64,000 nucleotides of DNA from Ignavibacteriales bacterium (GCA_037441705.1 JBBIRR010000015.1:11068-75067), one strand, 5' to 3'. Positions 19,553-30,634 are shown, counted from the first letter of the stretch. Numbers and translations are program-made. Notes: a model not told the origin generated them from the letters alone.

Positions 19553-21040
19553 ATGCCGATGTCCGATCTGCGACGCGCCGAATACGAACCCATCATCGGC
19601 CTCGAAGTCCACGCCCAGCTCTTGACGAAATCGAAAGCCTTCTGCGGGTGTCCGGCGACATTCGGCGATGCGCCGAACACGAACGTCTGCCCCATCTGTC
19701 TGGGGATGCCAGGAACCCTGCCCGTCTTGAACAGGAATCTTGTGGAGTTCATCCTTCGGCTGGGCCTTGCCACCGGCTGCACGATTGCTCCGCGCTCGGT
19801 GTTTGCCCGCAAGAACTACTTCTATCCCGATCTTCCGAAAGGCTATCAGATTTCACAGTACGAAGAACCGATCTGCACCGACGGCTATGTCGAAATTGAT
19901 GTTGACGCCGGGGCCCGTAAGCGCATCCGGCTCAAGCGGATTCACATGGAGGAAGATGCAGGCAAGTTGCTGCATGATGTGGGAAGCGACACGCTGGTGG
20001 ACTTGAATCGCTGCGGCGTGCCGTTGATCGAGATCGTGACGGAGCCGGACATTCGTTCGCCGCACGAAGCGTACCTTGTGCTCGGTGCGATACGACAGTT
20101 GGTGATGTACCTCGGTATCTGCGACGGAAATATGGAAGAAGGCAGCTTGCGTTGCGATGCAAACGTGTCCGTGCGGCCGCGAGGCGCCGCGGAGTTTGGC
20201 GTGAAGACGGAAATCAAGAATCTGAACTCCTTGCGGTTCGTTGAGCGAGCGTTAGAGTATGAGGTGAACCGCCAGATACGTCTGCTCGAATCGGGCGTGG
20301 ACGTGGTGCAGGAGACGATGCTGTGGGATGCCGAGCGCGGGGTTACCTACTCGATGCGCAGCAAAGAGGAGGCGCACGACTATCGCTACTTTCCCGACCC
20401 GGACCTGGTTCCCGTGCTGGTGGGTGAGGAATGGAAAGAACGCGTGCGCGCTGCCTTGCCCGAGCTGCCCTCGATGCGGCGGGATCGGTTTGTGCACACG
20501 CTCGGCTTGCCGCGCTACGACGCCGATGTATTGACCGCAGAGAAATCCGTTGCGGACTATTTTGAGGAGACCCTTTCTGCGCTGGCTCGCCTCGGAGTCG
20601 GAGGCGGCACAGACCGGGATGCTGCCAAACATGTGAGCAACTGGGTGATGACCGATGTGCTGAGAGTGATGAGTGAGAAGAAGATCGGCCTTGAGGAGTT
20701 TCCCATTCGTCCCGAACGACTTGCCGCAATGATTCTCCTGATTCGCCGGGGAACCATCAGCGGGACGATTGCGAAGGATGTATTTGAAGAGATGCTCACC
20801 AACCCGAACGATCCGAAAACGATCGTCGCGGAGAAGGGGTGGGAGCAGATTACGGACACGGCGGCGATCGAGAAGGCCGTTGACGACGTGCTGGCTCAAT
20901 ATCAACAGCAAGTTGCAAAGTACCTGAGCGGGAATGAAAAACTGTTCGGCTTCTTCGTCGGAGAGACGATGAAGAAGATGAAGGGGAAAGCCAGCCCCGC
21001 GCTGGTCAATGCGATCCTGAAACAAAAGCTTCAGCGCTAA
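19553..21040 (+). CDS. gatB: Asp/Glu-tRNA amidotransferase subunit B
   Basis: [44 protein letters not shown] and [10 protein letters not shown]. Confidence 0.97.
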   Translation: MPMSDLRRAEYEPIIGLEVHAQLLTKSKAFCGCPATFGDAPNTNVCPICLGMPGTLPVLNRNLVEFILRLGLATGCTIAPRSVFARKNYFYPDLPKGYQISQYEEPICTDGYVEIDVDAGARKRIRLKRIHMEEDAGKLLHDVGSDTLVDLNRCGVPLIEIVTEPDIRSPHEAYLVLGAIRQLVMYLGICDGNMEEGSLRCDANVSVRPRGAAEFGVKTEIKNLNSLRFVERALEYEVNRQIRLLESGVDVVQETMLWDAERGVTYSMRSKEEAHDYRYFPDPDLVPVLVGEEWKERVRAALPELPSMRRDRFVHTLGLPRYDADVLTAEKSVADYFEETLSALARLGVGGGTDRDAAKHVSNWVMTDVLRVMSEKKIGLEEFPIRPERLAAMILLIRRGTISGTIAKDVFEEMLTNPNDPKTIVAEKGWEQITDTAAIEKAVDDVLAQYQQQVAKYLSGNEKLFGFFVGETMKKMKGKASPALVNAILKQKLQR

Positions 21041-21070
21041 TTCTACCACACACCTTTCTGAGGACAAACG

Positions 21071-21835
21071 ATGCGCAAGACGATCATTGCCGGCAACTGG
21101 AAGATGTACAAGACGGTTGATGAATCCATCGAACTCATCAACGGTCTCAAACCTCTCATCTCTAACCTAAAACCCAACGTTGAAGTGATCATCTGTCCTC
21201 CTTTCACGTCCCTCGTGGTCGCGGCCGGACTGCTCAAGGATTCGTCCATCAAGCTCGGCGCGCAAAACATGAGTGAGCACGACGAAGGCGCCTTCACGGG
21301 AGAGGTTTCGTGGAAGATGTTGAAGTCCGCAGGATGTGAGTACGTCATCCTCGGGCACTCGGAACGCCGGCAGTACTTCGGCGAGACGAATGATCTCATC
21401 AACAAGAAAGCGAAGAAGGCTCTTGCTGGAGGTTTGAAGCCGATCATTTGCGTTGGCGAGAAACTGGAAGAGCGCGAGCAAGGCATCACGCAGCAGATTG
21501 TTTCCGCTCAGGTCAAGGGCGTCCTTGCCGGACTCAGTGCCGATGATCTCAAACGCGTCATCATCGCGTACGAACCGGTTTGGGCCATTGGCACGGGCAA
21601 GAACGCAACGCCCGTACAAGCGCAAGAGGTTCATCAACACATTCGAAAACTTGTGGCGCACCTCTACACCTGGAGCGTGGCCGAAGCTCTCGTCATCCAA
21701 TACGGAGGAAGCGTCAAGCCTGACAATGCTGCGGACTTGCTCGCACAGGATGACATAGACGGCGCGTTGGTCGGCGGGGCTTGCCTCAAGGCAGACTCGT
21801 TTGCTTCAATTATTGGGTCAGCACCTTCCCGTTAA
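21071..21835 (+). CDS. tpiA: Triosephosphate isomerase
   Basis: AGNWKM, GHSERR, AYEPVWAIGTG, YGGSV and LVGGA. Confidence 0.98.
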   Translation: MRKTIIAGNWKMYKTVDESIELINGLKPLISNLKPNVEVIICPPFTSLVVAAGLLKDSSIKLGAQNMSEHDEGAFTGEVSWKMLKSAGCEYVILGHSERRQYFGETNDLINKKAKKALAGGLKPIICVGEKLEEREQGITQQIVSAQVKGVLAGLSADDLKRVIIAYEPVWAIGTGKNATPVQAQEVHQHIRKLVAHLYTWSVAEALVIQYGGSVKPDNAADLLAQDDIDGALVGGACLKADSFASIIGSAPSR

Positions 21836-21919
21836 TGCCTTAATTTGCATTGCTTTCCCCTCACGTTTTGCTTATATTTTTTGCAAAACTCGCCCAATTT
21901 CATTGAGGTCGGTTTCTCA

Positions 21920-24526
21920 TTGTCAACACGCACCTGGAAATTCCATCGCAGTTTGAATGTTGGCCTCCTCTTTTTCCTCGCATCAATAGTCTATCAACAA
22001 TCCCTTGCCCAGTACCGATTCTTGGAAAACAAGTCCCCGCTGCAGGTGGGTGAGGACACGGGTTTCCTGCTGGATACGCCGACCCGCATTAAGATTGACC
22101 TTTCGGGAGAGTGGAGTTTTCGAATACGAGGGGGCCCGGAGGGGATGGTACACCTTCCTGCCGCTGCCGACTTTACCGGTGAGGTAACCTTCGAACGCGC
22201 ATTCGCGATCAGTCCCGACGACTTTGGGAAGTATCAGTTTCACGTCGTGGCGTTGGGGGTGAACTACACGTGCGGCATCTGGATCAACGGCGATTTCATT
22301 GCCAGCCACATTGGCGGGTACTCGAGCTTCGTTGTGCCCATACCCGAGAACGTTCTGCAGGTGGGAAAGGAAAACGTCATTCGCGTGGTGACAGACAACC
22401 GGCTCGACGCGATGAGAACGATCCCGCTTCGTCACGGTGTAGGGGGATGGCGGAATTATGGCGGAATCTATCGTCACATCTACATTCTCGGCACCCCGAA
22501 GATTTTCATCAGCGACGTGATTGCGACGACCGAGCTGAATGCCGATAGAACTCTCGCGAAGGTGAAAGTCCAACCATTCCTTGAAGGCGGCACGCGTTCC
22601 GACACCGCCGCACGTCGTTACCAGATGTATGTGGAGCTGTATGACAGACTCTCCGGATCGCTTGTGACCGCCGCATCGCCCGTGTGGGTACGCAGGCAAG
22701 ACGATAGCTGGTTCGTACCCAAAATCGAGTGTACCGTTTCGTCGCCGAAGCTGTGGGATCTGGCCAACCCCAATCTCTATTCTCTTCGCACATATCTTGT
22801 CGATGCTGCAGCCCGGACCAACCTTGATGAATACCGCATCAACATCGGCGTGCGAAAACTCGAGATCTCCGGCGACCGCGTAATGTTGAACGGCGTGGTC
22901 CAGCCTCTCTACGGTGTCGTCTGGTACGAAGATCACGAGCTTTATGGGAGCGCACTTCCGGATGTGCAGATGGAAAAGGATGTTATTCTGATTAAGAGTC
23001 TCGGGGCCACGGCCATTCGCGTGGCTCATCACCCCCCTCATCCTTATATGCTGAATCTCTGCAACCGGTACGGTTTGTTGGTGTTGGAGGAATTGCCTGT
23101 GCACGATGCCCCGGTGCGCATCCTGTCGCAGGACAACTTCATCGAGCTTGCGGGTACGATGATGAAGGATATGATCGTGCGTGATCGGAACCATCCATCG
23201 GTGTTTGCGTGGGGATTGGGTGATGAACTTGAAACATCCGACTCGCTTGCGCGCCGGTTCGTGGCAGCGCTTGTCGAGACTGCGCGCACACTCGATGCGC
23301 GACCCGTGTACTACGGCACCCGCCTGCTGACCGGCGATGCGTGCAGCGATCTCGTGGACGTTACCGCACTGACGCTGCTCACCACCGATCCGAAAGTGTT
23401 TCGCAAGAAGATCGGGGATTGGAGGATCGCTTATCCCCAGCGTCCGCTTCTTCTCGGCAAGATCGGCGTCGAAGTGCAGCCGGGCAACGACAACGGGTAC
23501 AGCGACCCGCTTTCGGAGCAGGCGCAAGCGCGCTTTTTTTTCCAGCATATTCAACCTGCGCGCGAAGAGAACGTGGCAGGCCTGTTCGTCTGGTCGTTCA
23601 ACGATTGGCGTGGAGACCGGCCTGCACTCATTGTCAACTCCGGCAACGCATGGCTGCACACGTATGGCCTGGTGAGTTCGACCCGTGAGAAGCGCCTTGC
23701 GTATGATGCCGTGCGCAACATGTTTACGGGCGGCAAGCCGCTCGCCGTGCCGATGGGGCGGAATCCGATCTCCTCACCAATCGAATTTGTCCTTGCAGGC
23801 CTTGTCCTTCTCGTCGGCACGGCCTACATGTACAACGCCAACCGACGCTTCCGCGAGAATCTTCACCGGGCCGTGCTCAACACCTACAACTTCTTCTCCG
23901 ACGTTCGGGACCAACGGATCGTCACGTTCATGCACAGTTCCTTCCTCGGGTTTGCCGGAGCGGCAGGCATCAGCATCGTCCTGGGCAGCGTGCTGTATCG
24001 CTTCCGCAGCAACGTCGGCCTCGACAATTTTCTTTCCTATGTGCTCGTGTCCGACGACGTGAAAGCGGAGATGGTACGTTTGATTCGGGAGCCTGCCATG
24101 TTTCTGCTCGTCGGTACCGGCGTGTTGTTCGCTGCGTTGGTGGTGGTGAGCCTGCTCGTGTGGGCCCTTTCGCTGGTTTTTCGCGCGAGAATGTATCTGT
24201 ATCATGCCTATGCTGTGACGATGTGGTCAACGCCGCCGCTGCTTATCCTCATTCCGGTAGGGATGATCATCTACCGGTTGTTGGAAAACCCCGTGTACCT
24301 TACGCCGACATTGCTTCTGATGGTCGTGCTTCTGGTGTGGACGTTCTTCCGGTTTTTGAAGGCGCTGTCCATCGTAATGGATGCTTATCCGATGAAGGTC
24401 TATGCCTTCGGTCTTCTCGCAGTGGCAGGTATGCTCGCGGGTGTCTATCTCTATTTCGATTACACCCAGTCGGCATCCGTGTACGTCTCGCTGTTGTACA
24501 ACGATCTTCTCAGCAGGTTGCGATAG
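21920..24526 (+). CDS. GH2 (beta-galactosidase/glucuronidase)-like protein with C-terminal multi-pass membrane domain; catalytic motifs degenerate
   Basis: IDLSGEW, HIGGYSSF, WRNYGGIYR and RDRNHPSVFAWGLGDE, with several hydrophobic helices in the C-terminal ~250 aa. Start is uncertain (TTG 21920). Confidence 0.8.
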   Translation: MSTRTWKFHRSLNVGLLFFLASIVYQQSLAQYRFLENKSPLQVGEDTGFLLDTPTRIKIDLSGEWSFRIRGGPEGMVHLPAAADFTGEVTFERAFAISPDDFGKYQFHVVALGVNYTCGIWINGDFIASHIGGYSSFVVPIPENVLQVGKENVIRVVTDNRLDAMRTIPLRHGVGGWRNYGGIYRHIYILGTPKIFISDVIATTELNADRTLAKVKVQPFLEGGTRSDTAARRYQMYVELYDRLSGSLVTAASPVWVRRQDDSWFVPKIECTVSSPKLWDLANPNLYSLRTYLVDAAARTNLDEYRINIGVRKLEISGDRVMLNGVVQPLYGVVWYEDHELYGSALPDVQMEKDVILIKSLGATAIRVAHHPPHPYMLNLCNRYGLLVLEELPVHDAPVRILSQDNFIELAGTMMKDMIVRDRNHPSVFAWGLGDELETSDSLARRFVAALVETARTLDARPVYYGTRLLTGDACSDLVDVTALTLLTTDPKVFRKKIGDWRIAYPQRPLLLGKIGVEVQPGNDNGYSDPLSEQAQARFFFQHIQPAREENVAGLFVWSFNDWRGDRPALIVNSGNAWLHTYGLVSSTREKRLAYDAVRNMFTGGKPLAVPMGRNPISSPIEFVLAGLVLLVGTAYMYNANRRFRENLHRAVLNTYNFFSDVRDQRIVTFMHSSFLGFAGAAGISIVLGSVLYRFRSNVGLDNFLSYVLVSDDVKAEMVRLIREPAMFLLVGTGVLFAALVVVSLLVWALSLVFRARMYLYHAYAVTMWSTPPLLILIPVGMIIYRLLENPVYLTPTLLLMVVLLVWTFFRFLKALSIVMDAYPMKVYAFGLLAVAGMLAGVYLYFDYTQSASVYVSLLYNDLLSRLR

Positions 24527-27500
24527 ATGTATCTTTCGAAACTCGAAATCATCGGCTTCAAGTCGTTTGCGCAGAAGGTGAATCTGTCGTTCGACAGCGG
24601 CATTTCGGCCATCGTCGGGCCGAATGGCTGCGGTAAGACGAACATCGTGGATGCGATCCGCTGGGTGTTAGGCGAGCAGCGCTACAGCGCGCTTCGTTCG
24701 GAGAAGATGGAAGATGTCATCTTCAACGGAACGAAGAACCGCAAGCCCCTCGGCATGGCCGAGGCGTCCCTTGTCATCGAGAACAACAAAGGCATTCTCC
24801 CCTCCGAATACACTCAGGTCACCATCGGTCGCCGCGTGTATCGCTCCGGAGAGAGTGAGTACCTGCTGAACAAAGTCCCCTGTCGGCTGAAGGACATCTT
24901 AGATCTGTTTATGGATACCGGCATGGGCGCCGATGCGTACTCGGTGATCGAGTTGAAAATGGTGGAGACGATCCTGAGCGACAAGACCGACGAGCGCCGC
25001 CGGCTGTTCGAGGAGGCGGCCGGTGTCACGAAATACAAACATCGTCGCAAGGCGGCCTATCGGAAGCTCGAGGCAGTCCAGGCCGATCTCGTGCGCGTCA
25101 ACGACATTGTTGCGGAAGTGCAGAAGGCCGTCTCCTCGCTCGAACGCCAGGCACGCAAGGCCGAGCAATACAATACCATCAAAGCACGCCTGCAGGCGCT
25201 GGAGATTGATGTGATGGAACGGGAGTATGCGCAGCTGGTGGGCAGGATTCAGCCGCTGGAAGAGAAACTCGCCGCGATGACGTCCGACCGACAGCGGATT
25301 GACGTTGACCTCGTGCACGAAGAGGCTCGCTTCGAGGAGATGCGCTCTTCGATGATGGAGGTGGAGAAGAGATTAGCTGAGGCGCAGCGCGATGTCAGCC
25401 TCCAGATGGAAAAGATCAACACGATCGTCCAGCAGGACCTTGTTGCCGAAGAACGAACGAAAGCGCTGCAGAACAACATCGTTCGTTACCAACAGGAACG
25501 TGACGAGTTTCAGTCGGAACGTCTTCGCCTCGAAGCGCTGGTGGATACCCTCGAGCGGGATATCGCGACGATGAAAGAGCGACACCTGCAGGTTGAGGGT
25601 GAACTGGAACGACGGAAGGCCGAAGTCGAGGAGGTGAATGCGCGGCTCGAAGCCAAGAAGGCTGAACTGGAGGAGTTGAATCTTCGCACGATCGAGCTGG
25701 TGCATGCGATTGCCGAAGAGCAAACAGAACAGGACAGGCTGAAGGGGAGAGTGGAGAACCTCAACGGCCGGGCGATGCACGCTGCTGAAGAGAATGCTGT
25801 CTACGAAGAGGAACTCGTGCGTCTTGCGCGCGAAATCGACGAGCATGCGGCCGAAGATAAACAGCTTCGCCGCTCGTTTACCGAAGCGGAGATGCGGTTC
25901 TACAATGCCGAACGAGAAAAGAAAGACCTGGAGGAGAAGCTCGACGCGCTTCAACGAGAGGAGATGGAGGTCGAGGCCGAAACCCGGCGTCGCGCGGCAC
26001 GCATCGACTTCTTGAAGGGTTTGATCGAGTCCCGTGAAGGTTTTTCTGAAAGCGTCCGCTTCCTTGCGGCATCCGAGCGGTGGAAGAAACCTGCACGGTA
26101 CCTCACCGTTGCCGATGCCGTTCACGCCGACGAGCGCTACGCCGCGGCGATTGAGTCGGCGCTGGGCGAATATGCAGGCGTGATTATCGTTGACACTCCG
26201 GATGAGGCCGAGGAAGCCATCGCGCTGTTGAAGGAAGAACAGAAAGGCAAAGCGGCATTCGTCTGTCTCAATCGTGTGCCGCGGGTCGAAGCGCGGTACA
26301 CCTTGCCGCGCGAACCGGGGGTCGTTGGGTGGGCAATGGATTTCGCAAAGTTCGACTCCCGGTATGCGCCGCTGTTCCGATATCTCCTGGACAGGGTGCT
26401 GGTTGTCGAGGATGCTGCGACAGCACAGAAGATTGCGGCGCGCTATAGCGGACTTCGTTGTGTTACGGTGGATGGCGAGGCGACGACCAGTGTCGGCCTC
26501 ATTCGGGGAGGCAGCAGGCGTCTCGATGAGGGAGGGATGATCGGGAAGCAGAACCAGATCGAGGCGCTGCAAGAGGAAATCAGCGCTCTCAACGAGAAGC
26601 GCTCTTCGATTCGCCGCCTGATGGAAACCCTTACCGCGCAGCTGGAAGCCCTGCAACTCAAATCCTTTGCCGATGCCGTCAAGAACATCGAAAAAGAAAT
26701 GAACGGCGTTGAGATGCGGATGGCGCAGTTGGAATTCGAGCGTAAGCGCGCAAACGACATCATCGCAAAGAACAATGAAGAAATAGAGGTGCTGAAGGAA
26801 GAGGCGGAAAAACTTCAACAGACGATTGCTGCCGCGGCGCCAAGACTCGAAGAACTCCGGGAAGAAAAATCCCGGGTCGAGCAAGCGGTCGGCAGGGCCG
26901 TGCAGGAACGAGAACGGCTGGAAGCCGAATACGAGAGTCGAGCGAGCGCCGTGAAGGAATTGGAAATCCAGGTCGTGCAGATCAAGAGCGACGTCCAGAA
27001 CGCCGAGAACGAGCTGCAGCGGAGCCGGGAGGCGATCGCCGGCATCGTTGCTTCCCTGCAGAAGCGTGATGCGGATATTGCGTCGGCAGAGCGAGATATC
27101 ATCGCCACGAGGGCTGCCGTGGAGCAGAACGCGATCCAGCTTGCCGCATTGCGGAGCGAGCTGGAAGCGCTCGAACAGCGCAAGCAGGAGGTGGAGCGAG
27201 AAAACGTTCACCTGCGCGAAGAAATGCATCGCATTCAGCTTCGCATCAAAGATGAGCGCCGCACGCACGACGATACGCTCCAGGCCGTTCACGAGCTGGA
27301 GTTGAAAATCGCCGACCTCAAGGCAAAGGCAGAGCATCTGAAGGATCGGGCCTTCACCGAGTTCGAGATGCAACTCGAGCTGAAAACCTATCCTCCGGAC
27401 GAGTTTGTGGACTTTGCGGCACTGCGCGATGAAATTCACGCCCTGCGCGAGAAGATCAAATCACTCGGCAACATCAACTTTGCGGCCTTTGAAGAGTACA

Positions 27501-28099
27501 CGCAGGAGAAGGAGCGCTTCGAGTTCCTCTCCGCGCAGCGCAACGACCTGATGGAGGCTGAAAAGACTCTGCTGGCGACCATCGAAGAAATCAACCAGAC
27601 GGCGCAGAAGAAATTCCTCGAGACGTTCGAGAAGATCCGGCAGAACTTCATCGAAACGTTCAAGAGCCTCTTCGACCCCGGTGACGAATGCGATCTGCGT
27701 CTGGAGGAGGGGGTGGATCCATTAGAAGCAAACATTGACATCATCGCCAAACCGCGCGGCAAGCGTCCGACCTCCATCAACATGCTGTCGGGCGGAGAAA
27801 AAACGCTGACGGCAACGGCATTGCTGTTCGCCATCTACCTCGTGAAGCCCAGTCCGTTTTGCATTCTCGATGAAGTGGACGCTCCGCTCGACGACGCGAA
27901 CATCGATCGCTTCACCCGCATTCTGCGGAAGTTTTCCGATAACACGCAGTTCATCGTCGTTACGCACAACAAACGAACGATGGAAGCTGCGAACGCGCTC
28001 TACGGCGTGACGATGGAAGAAGAAGGCGTGTCGAAGATCGTTACCGTGCGATTCAATCAGGCGTCGCAAGTGGAATCCGCCGCCGTCGCCACAGGATAA
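24527..28099 (+). CDS. smc: Chromosome segregation protein SMC
   Basis: GFKSF, GPNGCGKTN, coiled coils, hinge, LSGGEK, LDEVDAPLD and VTHNK. Confidence 0.97.
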   Translation: MYLSKLEIIGFKSFAQKVNLSFDSGISAIVGPNGCGKTNIVDAIRWVLGEQRYSALRSEKMEDVIFNGTKNRKPLGMAEASLVIENNKGILPSEYTQVTIGRRVYRSGESEYLLNKVPCRLKDILDLFMDTGMGADAYSVIELKMVETILSDKTDERRRLFEEAAGVTKYKHRRKAAYRKLEAVQADLVRVNDIVAEVQKAVSSLERQARKAEQYNTIKARLQALEIDVMEREYAQLVGRIQPLEEKLAAMTSDRQRIDVDLVHEEARFEEMRSSMMEVEKRLAEAQRDVSLQMEKINTIVQQDLVAEERTKALQNNIVRYQQERDEFQSERLRLEALVDTLERDIATMKERHLQVEGELERRKAEVEEVNARLEAKKAELEELNLRTIELVHAIAEEQTEQDRLKGRVENLNGRAMHAAEENAVYEEELVRLAREIDEHAAEDKQLRRSFTEAEMRFYNAEREKKDLEEKLDALQREEMEVEAETRRRAARIDFLKGLIESREGFSESVRFLAASERWKKPARYLTVADAVHADERYAAAIESALGEYAGVIIVDTPDEAEEAIALLKEEQKGKAAFVCLNRVPRVEARYTLPREPGVVGWAMDFAKFDSRYAPLFRYLLDRVLVVEDAATAQKIAARYSGLRCVTVDGEATTSVGLIRGGSRRLDEGGMIGKQNQIEALQEEISALNEKRSSIRRLMETLTAQLEALQLKSFADAVKNIEKEMNGVEMRMAQLEFERKRANDIIAKNNEEIEVLKEEAEKLQQTIAAAAPRLEELREEKSRVEQAVGRAVQERERLEAEYESRASAVKELEIQVVQIKSDVQNAENELQRSREAIAGIVASLQKRDADIASAERDIIATRAAVEQNAIQLAALRSELEALEQRKQEVERENVHLREEMHRIQLRIKDERRTHDDTLQAVHELELKIADLKAKAEHLKDRAFTEFEMQLELKTYPPDEFVDFAALRDEIHALREKIKSLGNINFAAFEEYTQEKERFEFLSAQRNDLMEAEKTLLATIEEINQTAQKKFLETFEKIRQNFIETFKSLFDPGDECDLRLEEGVDPLEANIDIIAKPRGKRPTSINMLSGGEKTLTATALLFAIYLVKPSPFCILDEVDAPLDDANIDRFTRILRKFSDNTQFIVVTHNKRTMEAANALYGVTMEEEGVSKIVTVRFNQASQVESAAVATG

Positions 28100-28107
28100 G
28101 ATCCATC

Positions 28108-28824
28108 ATGAGAATGAAAGTGTTTGTCGCCGACGGAACGTTTCTGCCGCGCAGCGTAACCGATGACTTCCTTGCTCGGTTTGCGACGGACGGGCACCGC
28201 TCGGATGCAGGAGGCAATGAGGACGAGAAGAACGTCAAGGCGCGCCTGCGTCGCGGCGTCGCTGTCCTCGGCGCGGTGGATATGCGTGAGACGGAAGAGT
28301 TCTTGCGAGAACAACCGCTCGAGGCAGGCTTTGTGCGATTTGTGGACTTCTGTCGCACTCATGGCTTTCAGATGAGCGTTGTCAGCGACGGATTAGATTT
28401 TTGTCTGGAGAAGATGTTTGCGCTCAAAGGCATACGGAGTGTACGAACATACGCCAATCGTGCAGAACTGGAGGGCGCGGGCGAATCGGCGCGATGGCAG
28501 GTCAGCTTCCCGTACGACGACGCCGAGTGTACGCGCTGTGCCTGCTGTGCCAGAAACATCATGCTGACGACCTGCGGCGATGACGAGCGTATCGTGTTCG
28601 TCGGTAAAGATGAGAGAGATGTATGTCCGGCCGAGTACGCGGATGTTGTTTTCGCACAAGCGCCGCTGCAAGCCGCGTGTCAGGCGCGGAACATTTCCTA
28701 CTTCCTCTACTTGTCGTTCGACGATATTGCGGAGCGCCTGGTGCAGCTCGGCGCGAAACGGTACCTCAGACCTCGTCGTGAAGCGGCCATGAAGCGTCGT
28801 GATGCGTTTATTGCGGAATGGTGA
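28108..28824 (+). CDS. MtnX-like HAD-IB phosphatase homologue with degenerate motif I
   Basis: GFVRF..VVSDGLD, YAN, C..CAC and D.CPAEYADVVFA. Motif I reads VFVADGT instead of DFDGT. Confidence 0.7.
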   Translation: MRMKVFVADGTFLPRSVTDDFLARFATDGHRSDAGGNEDEKNVKARLRRGVAVLGAVDMRETEEFLREQPLEAGFVRFVDFCRTHGFQMSVVSDGLDFCLEKMFALKGIRSVRTYANRAELEGAGESARWQVSFPYDDAECTRCACCARNIMLTTCGDDERIVFVGKDERDVCPAEYADVVFAQAPLQAACQARNISYFLYLSFDDIAERLVQLGAKRYLRPRREAAMKRRDAFIAEW

Positions 28825-28831
28825 AACCGCT

Positions 28832-29425
28832 ATGGCTGACGATAAAGACATCCGCCGGCTGATTTTCACGTACCGCAGCTACACGCCTATTCCGTTCTTG
28901 ATAGCGATGATCATCTTTGCACGGCCGACTCTGCTCAGCTTGGTCGTGGGCTTTGCGATTGTCCTGCTCGGCGAGGCGATCCGCTTCTGGGGAGTGTCCA
29001 TTGCCGGCAGCGAGACGCGGACAACGGGAACGGTCGGCGGAACGTATTTGATCACCAACGGCCCGTTTGCCTACGTTCGTAATCCGCTCTACGTCGGCAA
29101 CATGTTGATGTACGCGGGCATCGGCGTGATGTCACTGGCGTTATTCCCGTGGCTCGTGATTGGAGCATGCGTCTGGTTTTTCATTCAGTACTATCTCATC
29201 GTGACGAAAGAAGAGGAGTACCTGGCCGAGCGTTTCGGAAACGAATACGAACACTATCGCCGGAATGTGCGGAGATTTCTCCCGCGCCTGACGCCCTACG
29301 TCGCGCCGACTCCCGCGCCGAAACACGCACGCGCGCGTGAAGGCTTTGCTTCCGAAGCGCGGACGCTGCAGGCCATCGGGATCGTGACGCTGCTGCTTGT
29401 GGCGTTGTTTGTCGTTCGAGGCTAA
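28832..29425 (+). CDS. Isoprenylcysteine carboxylmethyltransferase/PEMT family membrane protein
   Basis: LITNGPFAYVRNPLYVG and EEEYL..RFG.EY..Y...V.RFLP. Confidence 0.88.
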   Translation: MADDKDIRRLIFTYRSYTPIPFLIAMIIFARPTLLSLVVGFAIVLLGEAIRFWGVSIAGSETRTTGTVGGTYLITNGPFAYVRNPLYVGNMLMYAGIGVMSLALFPWLVIGACVWFFIQYYLIVTKEEEYLAERFGNEYEHYRRNVRRFLPRLTPYVAPTPAPKHARAREGFASEARTLQAIGIVTLLLVALFVVRG

Positions 29426-29431
29426 GTCCGC

Positions 29432-30568
29432 ATGATGCGACGCGTTCTGATGATTGCAGGCGAAGCATCGGGTGACCTGCATGGCGCAGGGGTTGTGCGT
29501 GAGCTGAAGCGGCGTCGGCCCGACCTCGATGTGTACGGTGTGGGCGGCGACCGAATGAAGAACGAAGGCATGGAGTTGGTCTATCACATTTCCCGACTCT
29601 CGTTCATGGGATTCGTCGAGGTCGTCAGAAACCTCGCAGTCGTTCGAGAAGTGGAACGTACGCTCAGCCGGTTGTTGGAGGTGCGCCGACCCGATGTGGT
29701 CGTGTTGATTGACTACCCCGGCTTCAACCTCCGCTTTGCGCGCACGGCAAAGCGACGAGGCATCAAGGTGCTGTACTACATCAGTCCGCAGGTGTGGGCA
29801 TGGCACAGCAGCCGCGTGAAAAAGATGCGCGGGCTTGTCGATCGCATGAAGGTGGTCTTTCCCTTCGAGGTGGAGATTTACCGCCGCGAAGGAATTGATG
29901 TGGAGTTCGTCGGCCATCCGCTTGCGGAACGGATCGGCACGAGCTGCACGCGGGAAGAGTTCTTCCGCGCGCATGAGTTCGATCCGGGCAAGAAGCTTGT
30001 TGCTCTGCTGCCCGGAAGCAGGCAGCAGGAGGTGGAAATGATTTTTCCGACCATGCTTCGGGCGGCACGGAGACTCAGCGCCGAGATGGGCGTGCAGGTT
30101 GCCGTTGGCGTCGCGTCGAATCTTGGAGCCGGGGTGCTTCGTCGGTATCTTGCGAACGACGATCGCGTCCGGTTGATCGAGCATGCAACGTACGATGTGA
30201 TGGCCTACGCCGATTCGGCAATCGTCACCTCGGGAACGGCGACGCTGGAGACGGGGTGGTTCGGTACGCCGATGATGGTGGTGTACAGGACATCTCCCAT
30301 TACCTTCATGATCGGGCGCGCGCTGGTGCGTGTTCCGTACATCGGATTGGTGAACATCGTGGCCGGAAAGAAAATCGTACCGGAGTTCGTGCAGCACGAC
30401 ATGGTTGAGGACAATCTCGTCCGCGAAGCGACGCGCCAGTTGACCGACAAAGCGTACGCTGAGGAGATGCGGAAAAATCTCGCCGTCATCAAAACAGAGC
30501 TTGGCGGCGCCGGAACGTCGGCACGTGTTGCCGAAGGCATTATCGAACTTGGCTCGACAGGGTCATGA
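29432..30568 (+). CDS. lpxB: Lipid-A-disaccharide synthase
   Basis: AGEASGDLHG, IDYPGFN, SPQVWAW, VGHP, LPGSR and SGTATLE. Confidence 0.96.
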   Translation: MMRRVLMIAGEASGDLHGAGVVRELKRRRPDLDVYGVGGDRMKNEGMELVYHISRLSFMGFVEVVRNLAVVREVERTLSRLLEVRRPDVVVLIDYPGFNLRFARTAKRRGIKVLYYISPQVWAWHSSRVKKMRGLVDRMKVVFPFEVEIYRREGIDVEFVGHPLAERIGTSCTREEFFRAHEFDPGKKLVALLPGSRQQEVEMIFPTMLRAARRLSAEMGVQVAVGVASNLGAGVLRRYLANDDRVRLIEHATYDVMAYADSAIVTSGTATLETGWFGTPMMVVYRTSPITFMIGRALVRVPYIGLVNIVAGKKIVPEFVQHDMVEDNLVREATRQLTDKAYAEEMRKNLAVIKTELGGAGTSARVAEGIIELGSTGS

Positions 30569-30634
30569 TGATACAATCAAGCTACCGTCGAGGTAGAGAG
30601 ACACGATTGGAGGTGGACCAAAAAGTACTGGTGC

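Noticed and set aside
17632-21040. sucC without sucD and gatB without gatA/gatC
   Set aside because: Dispersed subunit genes are common in this group, and the partners are probably elsewhere in the genome.
25373-27439. Long antisense ORFs opposite smc, metH, GH2, lpxB, kamA and others
   Set aside because: These are shadow ORFs expected from GC-rich codon bias opposite well-supported genes.
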